The position numbers and the translations under genes were made by a program. A stretch of DNA of 64,000 bases, taken from the NCBI GenBank assembly GCA_963747195.1, contig CAVVDV010000005.1:262814-326813 (forward strand), written 5' to 3'. The notes beneath the pieces were generated by a model. That model did not search any database, was not told the origin of the DNA, and worked only from the letters and a program-made list of their open reading frames with translations. Below are positions 43,262-54,002 of this stretch, piece after piece; the first letter of the stretch is position 1, and the number at the start of each line of letters is the position of its first letter. Source of the stretch: an uncultured Actinomycetes bacterium (lineage in GTDB: Bacteria > Actinomycetota > Acidimicrobiia > IMCC26256 > JACDBD01).

Positions 43262-44230
43262 CTAGGTCTTCGCTTTCAGCGCCTCGAGGAGCTTCGGCAC
43301 CACCTTCGAGGCATCGCCGACGACGCCGAGGTCCGACACGCTGAAGATCGGCGCCTCCGGGTCCTTGTTGATGGCGATGATGTTGTCCGAGCCCTTCATG
43401 CCGACCATGTGCTGCGTCGCGCCCGAGATGCCGATCGCGATGTACACCTTCGGCTTCACGGTCTTCCCGGTCTGACCGACCTGCTTCGAGTACGGCACCC
43501 AGCCGGCGTCGACGATCGCGCGTGACGCGCCCGACGCGCCCTTGAGCATCTTCGCCAGCTCCTCGACCAGCGGCTCGTACGCCTCGGCGCTCCCGAGCCC
43601 GCGGCCACCGGAGACGACGACGTCGGCGTCCTCGAGCTTCGGGCCTTCCTGCTCCTCGACGTGGTGGTCGAGGACCTGCGCTTCGGCGGCGCGCCCGGCG
43701 TCGACACTGTCGACCTTCACGACCTCGGCCGCGCCCCCGCCGCTCGGCTCGGGTGCGAACGACTTCGGCCGGATGCCGGCGAGGTACGGCTTCTCACCCG
43801 CGAAGGCCGTGGTCACGATCGTGTTGCCACCGAACACCGCGGTGCTCACCGCGACGGTGTCGCCGTCGACCTCCACGCCGTTGCCGTTGGTCAGCACCGG
43901 CCGGTCGAGCTTCACCGAGAGCCGGCCCATCGCGTCGCGCCCGTCGTAGCTCTGCGCGAAGAGAATCAGGTCCGGCTGCTCGTCGGCGACGAGCTTGGCG
44001 AGCAGCGCACCTCCGACCACGCCGCTCAACGACGAGCCGTGGTCGACCGAGTGCACCTTCGTCGCGCCGTACTCGCCGAGCTGCGGGGCGATCGTGTCGG
44101 CGTCGGCGCCCGAGTACACGGCCTCGACCGTGTCGCCGATCTCACGCGCCTTGGTGAGCAGCTCGAGCGTCGCCGAGGTCGCCTTGCCGTCCTCACCCTC
44201 GGCGTAGACCCATACCTTCGGAAGGGGCAT
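43262..44230 (-). CDS. etfA: Electron transfer flavoprotein subunit alpha
   Basis: ORF 43262..44230 is intact. The FAD-binding C-terminal region reads [10 protein letters not shown]...[44 protein letters not shown]. Confidence 0.9.
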   Translation of the reverse strand: MPLPKVWVYAEGEDGKATSATLELLTKAREIGDTVEAVYSGADADTIAPQLGEYGATKVHSVDHGSSLSGVVGGALLAKLVADEQPDLILFAQSYDGRDAMGRLSVKLDRPVLTNGNGVEVDGDTVAVSTAVFGGNTIVTTAFAGEKPYLAGIRPKSFAPEPSGGGAAEVVKVDSVDAGRAAEAQVLDHHVEEQEGPKLEDADVVVSGGRGLGSAEAYEPLVEELAKMLKGASGASRAIVDAGWVPYSKQVGQTGKTVKPKVYIAIGISGATQHMVGMKGSDNIIAINKDPEAPIFSVSDLGVVGDASKVVPKLLEALKAKT

Positions 44231-44243
44231 GTGCAGTGGCCTC

Positions 44244-45026
44244 CTAGATGACCTTGAGCTGCTCGAGGAACGCGACGATCCGCTCGTGCGCGTCGCCTTC
44301 GTCCTCGATCTTCTCGCCCGCCTGGCGTTCGGGCGCGGCCTCGATCGACGTGATCTGCTGGCGGGCGCCCTTCCAGCCGACCTCGTCCTCGGACAAGCCG
44401 AGGTCGGCGGCCTTGGCGTTGTCGACGGGCTTGTTCTTGGCCGCCATGATCCCCTTGAAGGACGGGTACCGCGGCTCGACGACGCCGGCGGTGACGCTGA
44501 CGACGGCGGGGAGCGACGCCTCGACGATGTCGTAACCCGCCTCGGTCTGCCGCTGGATCTTGACCTTGCCGTCGGCGGTCTCGATCTGCTTGGCGAACGT
44601 GAGCGAGGGCCAGCCGAGAAGCTCGGCGACCTGCTGCGGGACGGTGCCGGTGTAGCCGTCGGTCGACTCGGTGGCCGTGAGCACGAGGTCCATCTCGCCG
44701 GCGCGCTCGACCGATTTGGCGATCACCTTGGCCGTCGACAGCGCGTCGGAGCCCTGGAGGATCGGGTCGGACACGAGGACGGCCTTGGCGGCGCCCATGG
44801 CGAGGGCGGTGCGCAGCCCCGACACCTCGTCGTTGGGGGCCATCGAGATCAGCGTGACCTCGCCGCCCCCGGCGGCGTCGACGAGCTGGAGGGCCATCTC
44901 GACGCCGTAGGCGTCGGAGTCGTCGAGGATCAGCTTGCCCTCGCGCTTGAGCGTCTTCGTCTCGGGATCCAGCTCACCCGGCGTGGCCGGGTCGGGGATC
45001 TGCTTCACGCAGACAGCGATGTTCAT
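44244..45026 (-). CDS. etfB: Electron transfer flavoprotein subunit beta
   Basis: The gene uses an internal ATG (MNIAVCVKQIPDPATPGELD...) of ORF 44244..45326 and runs for 260 codons. It is intact. Confidence 0.9.
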   Translation of the reverse strand: MNIAVCVKQIPDPATPGELDPETKTLKREGKLILDDSDAYGVEMALQLVDAAGGGEVTLISMAPNDEVSGLRTALAMGAAKAVLVSDPILQGSDALSTAKVIAKSVERAGEMDLVLTATESTDGYTGTVPQQVAELLGWPSLTFAKQIETADGKVKIQRQTEAGYDIVEASLPAVVSVTAGVVEPRYPSFKGIMAAKNKPVDNAKAADLGLSEDEVGWKGARQQITSIEAAPERQAGEKIEDEGDAHERIVAFLEQLKVI

Positions 45027-45132
45027 ACCACTCCTGTTTGCCCAGAAAGGCCGTCGGTGATTCTGGCCCGCCGGGGCCGCCCACGTCGAAGCGATCGGAT
45101 CGGCCGCCGAGGTGGGCGGTACCGTCGGCGCA

Positions 45133-46351
45133 ATGCCGACGGCGGTCGATGTCCTCGTGGTGGGTGCCGGGCCTGCCGGTGCAGCCGCCGGCCTGGCTGC
45201 CCGGCGACGGGGCCTCGACGTCCTGGTCGTCGACAAGGCCTCGTTCCCACGCGACAAGACCTGCGGCGACGGGCTCACGACCGCGGCCCTGCGCCTCATC
45301 GAGCAGCTCGGCGTCGACCTGCGCACCCTGCCCGGCTACATGGCCGTCCGCGAGACCGTGCTCGTCGGGCCCGACGGCAGGCGCGTCTCCCTCCCGCTGA
45401 CGGACGACGGCGATCACGCCGCGGTCGTGCCGCGCGTCGAGCTCGACGCCGCCATCGTCGACTCCGCCCGGCGCGCAGGCGTCGAGGTGCGCGACGGCGT
45501 CGCCGTCAGCGGGCATCGAGACGAACGGCGACGGCGAGGTCGTCACCGCCACGACGGCCGAGGACGGACTCGGTCCGGGCCCGCTTCGTGATCGCGGCGG
45601 ACGGCCACTACTCGTTCGTGCGGCGCTGCCTGCGCGAGGCGGCGCCGCCCGAGCTCGGCACGTGGCACGCCTTCCGCCAGTACTTCCGCGGCGTCGACGA
45701 CCCCCGGCTCTACGTGCTCTTCGAGGCCGACCTGCTCCCCGGCTACGCCTGGGTGTTCCCGCTTCCCGAAGGGCGCGGCGAACGTCGGGTTCGGCGTGCT
45801 GCGCCGTCCGGGCATGTCCGGCAAGGAGCTCAACGCGCGTTGGCGGGAGCTGCTCGAGCGTCCGAGCGTGCGGACGGTGCTCGGGCCGGCCGCCGAGCCC
45901 GAGGCGACGCACCGCGCCTGGCCGATCCCCGCCTCGTTCGAGTACGACGCGCTCGACCGACGGGCGCGTGCTGTACATCGGGGACGCCGCCAACGTGGTC
46001 GACCCGCTGACCGGCGAAGGGATCGCGCAGGCGATCGAGACGGCGCTGGTCGCCGTCGACGCGATCGCGACAGGTGACCCCGCCGGTGCCGGGCGTCGAT
46101 ACACGGAAGGCGTTCGCCGCGCGCTCGGGCGCGACCTGCACTTCGCCGCCGCGCTCCAGCGGGTGCTCCGCTCGCGCCGCGGCGCCGCGTTGGCGGTGCG
46201 CACCGCCGGGCTGACGCCGTGGACGCGACGTCACTTTGCCCGCTGGATGTTCGAGATGTACCCGCGCGCGTTGCTGCTGACGCCCGACCGGTGGCGTCGC
46301 GGCATGTTCTCCGGCGGAGGCGCGTACTCGGGCGCGGTCGAACCCGTCTGA
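45133..46351 (+). CDS. Geranylgeranyl-reductase-family FAD-dependent oxidoreductase, about 3 frame breaks as assembled
   Basis: VDVLVVGAGPAGAAAGLAARRRGLDVLVVDKASFPRDKTCGDGLT is in ORF 45112..45591. FVIAADGHYSFVRR and PGYAWVFPLPEG are in ORF 44229..46010. VLYIGDAANVVDPLTGEGIAQAIETA is in ORF 45662..46351. Confidence 0.8.
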
Positions 46352-46382
46352 TCGCCGGCGGCCGCCGGTACGGTGGACGCCG

Positions 46383-47162
46383 ATGACGCGTCTGGGGACC
46401 GAGACGGTCCGCCTCATCGACGAGCTCACCGCCAACGCGACCGCGGCCACCACCGTGCAGCTCGTCGACGGGTGGCTGCTCCGCGCCGCGCCCGAGCACC
46501 CGTTCCGGCGTTGCAACTCGGCGCTCCCCTACGGCGGCGACCGCGCCGGCCTCGAGGCGCGCATCGACATGGTCGAGGACTTCTATCGCGAGCGCGATCT
46601 CCCGGCACGCTTCCAGATGAGCCCGGCGGTGCTCCCCGTCGGGCTCGACGACACGCTCGAGACCCGCGGCTACGAGATCGAGGAGCCGACGCTCGTGCTG
46701 GTGGCCGACACGCCGCACGTCATCGCGCAGACCATGCGAGCCGAAGCGCGAGAGATCACGTTCGGCGAGGGGATCGACGAGTTCTGGGTGGCCGAGTACG
46801 CGTCGGCGTTCGGAGACGACGACGCCGGGCGCGAGCGGCTCCGCGCGTATGCCCACCTCCTCCGCCGCCTCGGCCCCGCCGTCGGCACGGCGGTCCTTCC
46901 GGTCGACGAGATGCCCGCTGCAGTCGGCCTGGGCGTGCTCGAGCGCGGCTGGACGGGCGTGTTCGCGATGGGGACGCGAAGGGAAGCTCGGCGGCGCGGC
47001 GCCGCCACATCCGTCCTGCATGCGCTGGCGCGCTGGGGACACAGCCGAGACGCCGCTCACATGTACCTCCAAGTCGAGGCCACGAACGACGGGGCCCGCC
47101 AGCTGTACACGCGTGCCGGCTTCGAGACCGCGTACCGGTACCACTACCGCACGTCCGCTTGA
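46383..47162 (+). CDS. GNAT family acetyltransferase (two-domain type)
   Basis: ORF 46383..47162 is intact. The C-terminal acetyl-CoA motif reads VFAMGTRREARRRGAATSVLHALARWGHSRDAAHMYLQVEATNDGARQLYTRAGF. Confidence 0.75.
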   Translation: MTRLGTETVRLIDELTANATAATTVQLVDGWLLRAAPEHPFRRCNSALPYGGDRAGLEARIDMVEDFYRERDLPARFQMSPAVLPVGLDDTLETRGYEIEEPTLVLVADTPHVIAQTMRAEAREITFGEGIDEFWVAEYASAFGDDDAGRERLRAYAHLLRRLGPAVGTAVLPVDEMPAAVGLGVLERGWTGVFAMGTRREARRRGAATSVLHALARWGHSRDAAHMYLQVEATNDGARQLYTRAGFETAYRYHYRTSA

Positions 47163-47195
47163 CCGTCTCGGTCAAGCGACGGGAACACTGCTCGC

Positions 47196-48435
47196 ATGAG
47201 CATCGATTTCACCCTGCCGCCCGACGTCGAGGAGACGCGTCGCGCGCGTCCGCGAGTTCATGAACGAGGTGGTGCGCCCGGCGGAGGAGAAGGTCTACGC
47301 CAACGCGCCGAACGGCGAGCCCGACCGCTCCGACATCGTGCGCATGATCATCGAGCTCCGCCAGAAGGCGCACGAGTGGAACGTCTGGCTCCCCCACATG
47401 CCGAAGGAGTGGGGCGGCCTCGGGCTCGGCATCACGGCCATGGCATTCGTGTCGGCGGAGGCGGCCCGTACCAACTTCGGGCCGTTCATCCTCAACGCCC
47501 AGGCGCCCGACGAGGGCAACCAGCACACGCTGCTGCACCACGCCAACGACGAGCAGAAGGAGAGGTACCTCCGGCCGCTGCTCGAGGGCCGGGTGCGGTC
47601 GTGCTTCGCGATGACCGAGCCCGAGGTCGCCGGCTCCGACCCGACCGGCATCCGCACGATGGCCGTCCAGGACGGCGACGAGTGGGTGATCAACGGCCAC
47701 AAGTGGTTCATCAGCGGCGCCAAGGGCGCGACGTTCGCCATCCTGATCGCGAAGACCGATCCCGACGCCGACCCGCCGCAGGCGTCGAACACCGCGTTCC
47801 TCGTCGACCTCCCGGCGGACGGCTGGGAGATCGTCCGCGACATCGACACGATGGCCGGCCACGGCAACCACTGCGAGATCCGCATCACCGACCTGCGCCT
47901 GCCGGATTCAGCCATCCTCGGAGGTCGGGGCAACGGTCACCTGCTCGGCCAGGCGCGCCTCGGCCCGGCCCGTCTCGCGCACTGCATGCGCTGGATCGGC
48001 CAGACCGAGACGGCCCTCGAGATGCTCGTGAAGCGGGCGGAGGAGCGTCAGCTGCACGGCGCGCCGCTCGCCGAGAAGCAGGCGATCCAGTGGATGATGG
48101 CCGACTCGGCGATGGAGCTGTACTCCGCCAAGCTGATGGTGCTGCACGCGGCGTACAAGATCGAGAACGAGCAGCCGTTCCGCCAGGAGGTGAGCTTCGC
48201 CAAGCATCACGTGGCGAACATGCTCTGGAAGGTCGTCGACCGCGCGATCCAGGTGCACGGCGCGCTCGGCTACTCCACCGACACGCCGCTCGAGCGGATG
48301 ATGAAGCACGCCCGCTCCGCCCGACTGGTCGACGGCGCCGACGAGGTGCACCAGGCGCTCATCGCCCGCAACGTGCGCGCCGCCATCCGGGACACCGGCG
48401 ACACCCGCGTCGCCACCGGCGACTTCGACTTCTAG
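47196..48435 (+). CDS. Acyl-CoA dehydrogenase, one frame break near 47243 as assembled
   Basis: MSIDFTLPPDVEETRR is in ORF 47196..48503. The rest is in ORF 47260..48435: FAMTEPEVAGSDPTGIRT...DGDEWVINGHKWFISGA...VDRAIQVHGALGYSTDTPLERMMKHARSARLVDGADEVH. Confidence 0.85.
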
Positions 48436-48439
48436 CCCT

Positions 48440-48492
48440 CCGTTCTCGGCAGGGAAAGGTCCGTTTGGCGAACGTTTCGCTGCCGAGAACGG
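48440..48492. terminator. Bidirectional hairpin between convergent genes (13-bp perfect stem)
   Basis: CCGTTCTCGGCAG (48440-48452) and CTGCCGAGAACGG (48480-48492) are exact reverse complements. A 27-nt loop between them contains a smaller CGTT/AACG stem. There is no clear U-tract. Confidence 0.5.
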
Positions 48493-48499
48493 GAGAAGA

Positions 48500-49216
48500 T
48501 TAGATCGGCGGCGGCGCCGCGACCGAGAAGTGCGGGTCGAGGTGGGTCGTGTCGTTGAAGCGGCGGACGGTGATCCGGTCCTCTTCGACGACGATGTGAC
48601 TGATCGACGCGTTGTCTGCCCCGATGAACGCGAAGCCCCGAGCGCCGGTCGCGTTGGCCAGGACCTCACCGATCACACCGCCATGGGTGACGACCACGAC
48701 GAGCTGGTCGGGATGTGCGACGGCAACACGCGAGATCCCGAGGCTGACGCGGTCGCGGAACGCGTCGGCGGGCTCACCGCCGGGAATCAGATCCCAGCGC
48801 TGCTCCTCGACGGCGCGCACGAACGCGGGATCGTGTTCTGCTGCCTTCACTCGCAGCAGCCCGCCTTCCCATTCCCCCAGGTACACCTCGCGCAGCTCCG
48901 GTTCGACGCTCGGAACGATGCCGAGACGCTTCGCCAACGGGGCCGCCGTCTCCACCGTGCGTCGCAGGGTCGTCACGTAGATCGCGGCGATGTCCTCGCC
49001 GGCGAGCCGCTCCGCAAGTCGTTCGGCCTGGTCCACGCCCACGGGGTCGAGCGGCGGGTCGCCGTGCCCGTCGACCAGATCGAACGGCCGCTCGGGATCG
49101 ACAGGCTGGGACTCGCCGTGGCGCACGAGCAGGATCTCGGTCGCGCCCGGCGGCGGCATGTACCGATGCTGGCGGTAGGTGTTGGGCTCGCTCTGCGGCT
49201 GGCTCACGGATCGCAA
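48500..49216 (-). CDS. Histidine phosphatase (phosphoglycerate mutase-like) family protein
   Basis: ORF 48500..49216 is intact and contains ILLVRHGES and VVVVTHGGVI. The true start may be the internal Met at codon 20. Confidence 0.8.
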   Translation of the reverse strand: MRSVSQPQSEPNTYRQHRYMPPPGATEILLVRHGESQPVDPERPFDLVDGHGDPPLDPVGVDQAERLAERLAGEDIAAIYVTTLRRTVETAAPLAKRLGIVPSVEPELREVYLGEWEGGLLRVKAAEHDPAFVRAVEEQRWDLIPGGEPADAFRDRVSLGISRVAVAHPDQLVVVVTHGGVIGEVLANATGARGFAFIGADNASISHIVVEEDRITVRRFNDTTHLDPHFSVAAPPPI

Positions 49217-49305
49217 GAGTACGGTGCGGCCGCAGCGGCGGCGGCTTCGCCGACCGTCGCTGCAAAGCCGGAGCTTGCGACGGCGACAGAGAGACAGATG
49301 GCCAA

Positions 49306-50853
49306 GTGACCTGGGATCCCGAGCTCGACGAGCTGCGGCGGCGCACCGAGCTGGCCGCCGCGATGGGCGGCGAGGAGAAGGTCGCCCGTCAGCACGACGC
49401 CGGCAAGCTCACCGTGCGGGAGCGCATCGACGCGCTCGTCGACCCCGGCACCTTCCACGAGGTCGGCGCCCTCACGGGAAGAGCCGAGTACGACGAGGGG
49501 CAGCTGGCCGGCTTCACGCCCGCGAACTTCGTGATGGGCCGGGCCCGCATCGAGGGCCGGCCCGTCGTCGTCGGCGGTGACGACTTCACCGTTCGCGGCG
49601 GCGCGGCGGACGCGTCGATCTTCCAGAAGCAGGTGCACGCCGAGCAGATGGCGAACGAGCTGCGGCTGCCGATCGTCCGGCTCGTCGACGGCTCCGGCGG
49701 TGGCGGCTCGGTGAAGTCGCTCGAGACGATGGCGCGCAGCTTCGTGCCGTTCAATCCCGGGTTGGGAGTGGGTGGTCGAGAACCTCGCCACCGTGCCCGT
49801 CGTCGCGCCTCTGCCTCGGATCCGTCGCCGGGCTGGGCGCCGCGCGCGTCGTCACGAGCCACTACTCGGTCATGGTGCGAGGCACGTCGCAGCTGTTCGT
49901 GGCGGGACCGCCGGTGGTCGCCCGCCTCGGCGAGCACGTCGACAAGGAGGAGCTCGGCGGCAGCGAGATCCACGGCCGCAACGGCGCCGTCGACGACGTC
50001 GTCGACACCGAGCACGACGCGTTCGCCCGGGCGCGGCCGTTCCTCTCCTATCTCCCCCGGTCGGTCGACGACGCGCCGCCCCGACGTCGACCCGACCGAC
50101 GACCCCGAGCGCCGCGAGGACTGGCTCATCGATGCGATCCCGCGCGACGCCCGGCAGGTCTACAAGGTCCGGGACATCATCGACGCGGTCGTCGACCGGG
50201 ACTCGTTCCTCGAGATCGGCCGCGGGTACGGCCGGTCGGCGGTGACCGGGCTCGCCCGCCTCGACGGCTGGCCGGTGGCGGTGCTGGCCGGCGACCCGTA
50301 CTTCTACGGCGCCGGGTGGACCGCCGACGCGTCGCAGAAGGTGACGCGCTTCGTCGACCTCGCCGACACGTTCCACCTCCCCGTCGTGCATCTCGTCGAC
50401 AATCCCGGGTTCGTCATCGGCGTCGATGCCGAGCGAGCGGCGACCATCCGTCACGGCGCCCGGGCCCTCGCCGCCATCTACCAGGCGCAGGTGCCGTGGT
50501 GCTCGGTGATCCTGCGCAAGGTGTACGGAGTCGCCGGCGCCGCGCACCAGAACGCGGCGCGGCTCAAGTACCGGTTCGCGTGGCCGTCGGGCGACTGGGG
50601 CAGCCTCCCGCTCGCCGGCGGGATCGAGGCCGCGTACAAGGCCCAACTCGAAGCGGCCGACGATCCCGAGGCCGCTCGAGCCGAGATCGAACAAAGACTC
50701 GACGCGGCGCGCTCACCGTTCCGCACCGCGGAAGTGTTCATGATCGAGGAGATCGTCGACCCGCGTGACACGCGGCCGTTGCTCTGCGAGTTCGCCAACC
50801 TCGCCGCGCCCGTACGCGGCGCCGGTCCGACGGCGCGTGGCACCCGGCCGTGA
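49306..50853 (+). CDS. Acyl-CoA carboxylase beta subunit / carboxyltransferase, middle part out of frame as assembled
   Basis: The ends of ORF 49306..50853 are good (LTVRERIDALVDPGTFHEVG...; ...GWTADASQKVTRFVDLADTFHLPVVHLVDNPGF...VILRKVYGVAGAA). The segment between about 49760 and 50085 makes sense only in other frames: VENLATVPVVA in ORF 49772..50245, and MVRGTSQLFVAGPPVV...ELGGSEIHGRNGAVDDVV in ORF 49872..50768. Confidence 0.8.
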   Translation: MTWDPELDELRRRTELAAAMGGEEKVARQHDAGKLTVRERIDALVDPGTFHEVGALTGRAEYDEGQLAGFTPANFVMGRARIEGRPVVVGGDDFTVRGGAADASIFQKQVHAEQMANELRLPIVRLVDGSGGGGSVKSLETMARSFVPFNPGLGVGGREPRHRARRRASASDPSPGWAPRASSRATTRSWCEARRSCSWRDRRWSPASASTSTRRSSAAARSTAATAPSTTSSTPSTTRSPGRGRSSPISPGRSTTRRPDVDPTDDPERREDWLIDAIPRDARQVYKVRDIIDAVVDRDSFLEIGRGYGRSAVTGLARLDGWPVAVLAGDPYFYGAGWTADASQKVTRFVDLADTFHLPVVHLVDNPGFVIGVDAERAATIRHGARALAAIYQAQVPWCSVILRKVYGVAGAAHQNAARLKYRFAWPSGDWGSLPLAGGIEAAYKAQLEAADDPEAARAEIEQRLDAARSPFRTAEVFMIEEIVDPRDTRPLLCEFANLAAPVRGAGPTARGTRP

Positions 50854-50941
50854 GTACCAACCCTGTGCCGCAGGTCACGTAGACCCTCCGCGAACCCGGG
50901 CATACCGTGACGCAAACGGCACCGGCCCATGGGGGGCTTCG

Positions 50942-52187
50942 ATGGCACAGCCGGCCGAGCAGACACTCGACTTCCTGAGCGTCGCGCTCACACCCGAGTT
51001 TCGCGACGACCCGTACCAGTTCTTCCGATTGCTGCGCGAGCACGAGCCCGTCCACCACACGCCGTTCGGCGTCTACCTCGTGAGCCGTCACGCCGACGCC
51101 GCTGCGATCGTGCGCGATCCGCACTTGAGCACCAATCAACAGAACTCGGAGCTCTTCCAGGCATTCGCGGAAGCCAATCCGCGCATCTGAGGAAAACATT
51201 GACCAGATGAACGACGTGGTCATGTTGTTCAAGGACCCGCCGGATCACACGCGCTTGCGTGGCCTCGTGAGCAAGGCGTTCACGCCGAAGATGGTCGAGC
51301 GGCTCCGGGTCCGCGTCCAGGAGATCGTCGACGAGCGGCTCGACGAGGTCGAAGCCCGCGGCGACGGGCGGATGGATGTCGTGACCGACCTCGCGTACCC
51401 GCTCCCGGTCGTGATCATCTGCGAGCTCCTCGGTGTGCCACCGGAGGACCACGCGACGTTCTCGACCTGGTCGTCCGAGCTCGCGGCGAGCATCGACCCC
51501 GACCCGCTCCTCTCGCCCGACCAGCAGGTCCGCATCGAGGCGGCCGGCAACGCCTTCCTCGAGTACTTCAGCGACCTCATCGAGCGGCGGCGCCGGTCGT
51601 TGCGCGACGACCTCCTGTCGGCACTCATCGAGGCCGAGGAGGGCGGCGACCGACTGACTGAGGAGGAGCTGCTGGGCACGGCGCTCTTCCTGCTCATCGC
51701 CGGGCACGAGACGACGGTGAACCTGATCGGGAACGGGACGCTTGCCTTGCTGCAGCATCGCGACCAGCTCGAGCGCCTGCGCGACGACCCGTCCCTGGAC
51801 CGGCACGCCGTCGAGGAGCTGCTGCGCTTCGACAGCCCGGTGCAGCTCACGCAGCGCATCACCCTCGACGAGTACCAATTGGGCGACGTCACGATCCCGA
51901 AGGGTCAGAACCTCGTCCCGTTGCTCGGCGCGGCGAACCGCGACCCGGCCGAGTTCGACGACCCCGACCGGCTCGATCTCGGCCGCGAGAACGCCAACCG
52001 CCACGTCGCCTTCGGCGGAGGCCACCACTTCTGCCTGGGCGCGGCGCTCGCGCGCCTCGAGGGTGCGGCGGCCATCGGGACGCTCGTGCGCCGGTTCCCC
52101 GACATCGAGCTCGCAGGAGAGCCGGTGCGGAGGACCACGTTCACGCTCCGCGGCCTCGAGCACCTGCCGGTGTCGATCGAGACGTGA
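50942..52187 (+). CDS. Cytochrome P450, one frame break near 51180 as assembled
   Basis: The N-terminal part DPYQFFRLLREHEPVHHTPFGVYLVSRH is in ORF 50765..51190. The rest is in ORF 51207..52187, with the I-helix LLIAGHETT, ExxR in EELLRFDSP, and the heme loop FGGGHHFCLGAALAR. Confidence 0.85.
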
Positions 52188-52339
52188 CGACCGGTCGGCA
52201 CCAAGACTTCCGTGAGACTCCGGTAGCCGAGCGCTCAACTGGTGTTCGCGTCGCGCACGCCTGCGCGTGACCGGATCGACACGTGCCCTCGTTACCGTGC
52301 ATTCGAGTCGCACATCCGCTCGAGCACCAGGAGGCACGC

Positions 52340-52729
52340 ATGGACGCACTCAACGCCTGCGGATACCTGTCGCGCGTCGTCGCGTTGCCCGTGGCCGTCG
52401 CCGAAGCGGTGTTCGACGACGTCACGCGTTCGCTCGGCGCCTCCGCACACGCGGACCCGACGGCGCTCGGCACCGCCCTCCTGCCTGCGCGCCGGATCCG
52501 CACGCGCCTCGGGTCCCAGATCCCCTGGGCCGGGGTCGCAGTCGAGGTGGAGCTCGCGCCGTGGTCGAGAAGCCGGTCCGAGGTCGGCGTGCGCTACGGC
52601 GGAAACCGCCAGCCACGGGCCCTCGCCCGCCATGTGTACGAGAAGCGGGCGCCGGCTCTCCTCGACGAGATCACCGACGCGATCAACGCGCGGCTGCCGG
52701 GATCGCAGGCGGATCGACGCGCGGCGTAA
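52340..52729 (+). CDS. Hypothetical protein
   Basis: The gene uses an internal ATG (MDALNACGYL...) of ORF 52283..52729, preceded by AGGAGG. I recognise no family. Confidence 0.4.
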   Translation: MDALNACGYLSRVVALPVAVAEAVFDDVTRSLGASAHADPTALGTALLPARRIRTRLGSQIPWAGVAVEVELAPWSRSRSEVGVRYGGNRQPRALARHVYEKRAPALLDEITDAINARLPGSQADRRAA

Positions 52730-52738
52730 GCCCGCCGT

Positions 52739-53107
52739 CTACGTCGCCGGCAGCGCGACGAGACAGAACTCGGTGCCTTCCGGATCGGTCATCACCACAT
52801 CGACCCCTTCCGGCCCGGTGTGGACCTCGCCGGTGTGTGCGCCCCCGAGTCCCTCGACGAGGGCGATCGCAGCATCGAGATCGTCGACCCAGATGTCGAG
52901 GTGAACTCGGGCTTTCCCGACCTTCGGCTCCGGGACGGGCTGGATGTTGATCCTGGGTCCGCCTCGTACCGTCGGTCCGAGGTGGAACCATCCCTCCGAT
53001 CCCGATTCCGCGGTGACTCCGAGCACGGCACTCCAGAACGTGGCGAGGCGCTCCGCGTCGCGGCAGTCGATCGTCACCTCGGCCCAAGTGAGCGTGGGTC
53101 GGTCCAT
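52739..53107 (-). CDS. VOC (glyoxalase-like) family protein
   Basis: ORF 52739..53107 is intact. The sequence reads LTWAEVTIDCRDAERLATFWSAVLG...RVHLDIWVDDLDAAIALVEGLGG...VMTDPEGTEFCL. Confidence 0.75.
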   Translation of the reverse strand: MDRPTLTWAEVTIDCRDAERLATFWSAVLGVTAESGSEGWFHLGPTVRGGPRINIQPVPEPKVGKARVHLDIWVDDLDAAIALVEGLGGAHTGEVHTGPEGVDVVMTDPEGTEFCLVALPAT

Positions 53108-53111
53108 TCGC

Positions 53112-53966
53112 CTATTCGGGTCTCGGCGGCGGGTAGGCCGTTCGCACGACGCGGTCCCAGCCCCGGTCGGTCGTCATCGCGCGGGTGACGAGGATGACGC
53201 GGGCGCCGGCCGTGACCCGGTACCGAGGGCGCGGGGACCGGCGCCGCAGCGCGCGCTCGATCACCTTCGCCACACGCTCGGGCGACGCCGCCATCATCGC
53301 CATCGGACCCTCGTACGCGCCGGCGGTCCGCGTTGCGACGCCGGCCATGAACTCTGCGTACGGCCCGCCGCCGCCCCTGTCGGCGGCGGTCGAAACCGCG
53401 GTGTCCCCGAACTTCGTCTTGATGAGCCCGGGCTCGATCACCGACACGCGCACGCCGAACGGCTTGACCTCGTAGCGGAGGGCGTCGCTCATCGCCTCCA
53501 CCGCGTGTTTGCTGGCGTGGTACGCGCCGGCGCCCGGGAACGTGAGCCGGCCGCCGATGGAGCTGACGTTGGCGATACGACCCCACCGTTGGCGCCGCAT
53601 CCCCGGGAGCGCGAGCTGGGTCAGGTGGATCATGCCGAACAGGTTGGTCTCGAACTGGCGGCGCCATTCGTCGAGCGGGACCTCCTCGACCGGACCACCC
53701 AGGCTGAAGCCGGCGTTGTTGACGAGCGCGCCGACGGCGCCCTCCGCGCTCTCGACCTCCGCGATCGCAGCCCGGCGTGACTCTTCGTCGGCCACGTCGA
53801 GCGCCAGCAGCTTGCAGCCGGTGTCGGCGAGGTCCTTGATCGACTCCGGCCGGCGAGCGGACGCGTACACCGTCCACCCTCGTCCGGCGAGACGCTCGGC
53901 GGTTGCGCGCCCGATCCCGCTCGAGCAGCCGGTCACGAGCACGGCCTTCGAGACGGCGCCGGACAC
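53112..53966 (-). CDS. SDR family oxidoreductase
   Basis: ORF 53112..53966 is intact. It contains VLVTGCSSGIGRATAERL, NNAG and YHASKHAVEA (YxxxK). Confidence 0.85.
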   Translation of the reverse strand: MSGAVSKAVLVTGCSSGIGRATAERLAGRGWTVYASARRPESIKDLADTGCKLLALDVADEESRRAAIAEVESAEGAVGALVNNAGFSLGGPVEEVPLDEWRRQFETNLFGMIHLTQLALPGMRRQRWGRIANVSSIGGRLTFPGAGAYHASKHAVEAMSDALRYEVKPFGVRVSVIEPGLIKTKFGDTAVSTAADRGGGGPYAEFMAGVATRTAGAYEGPMAMMAASPERVAKVIERALRRRSPRPRYRVTAGARVILVTRAMTTDRGWDRVVRTAYPPPRPE

Positions 53967-54002
53967 GTCCGCACGGTAGCCGAGCTTCTAGAATCGGACA
54001 TC

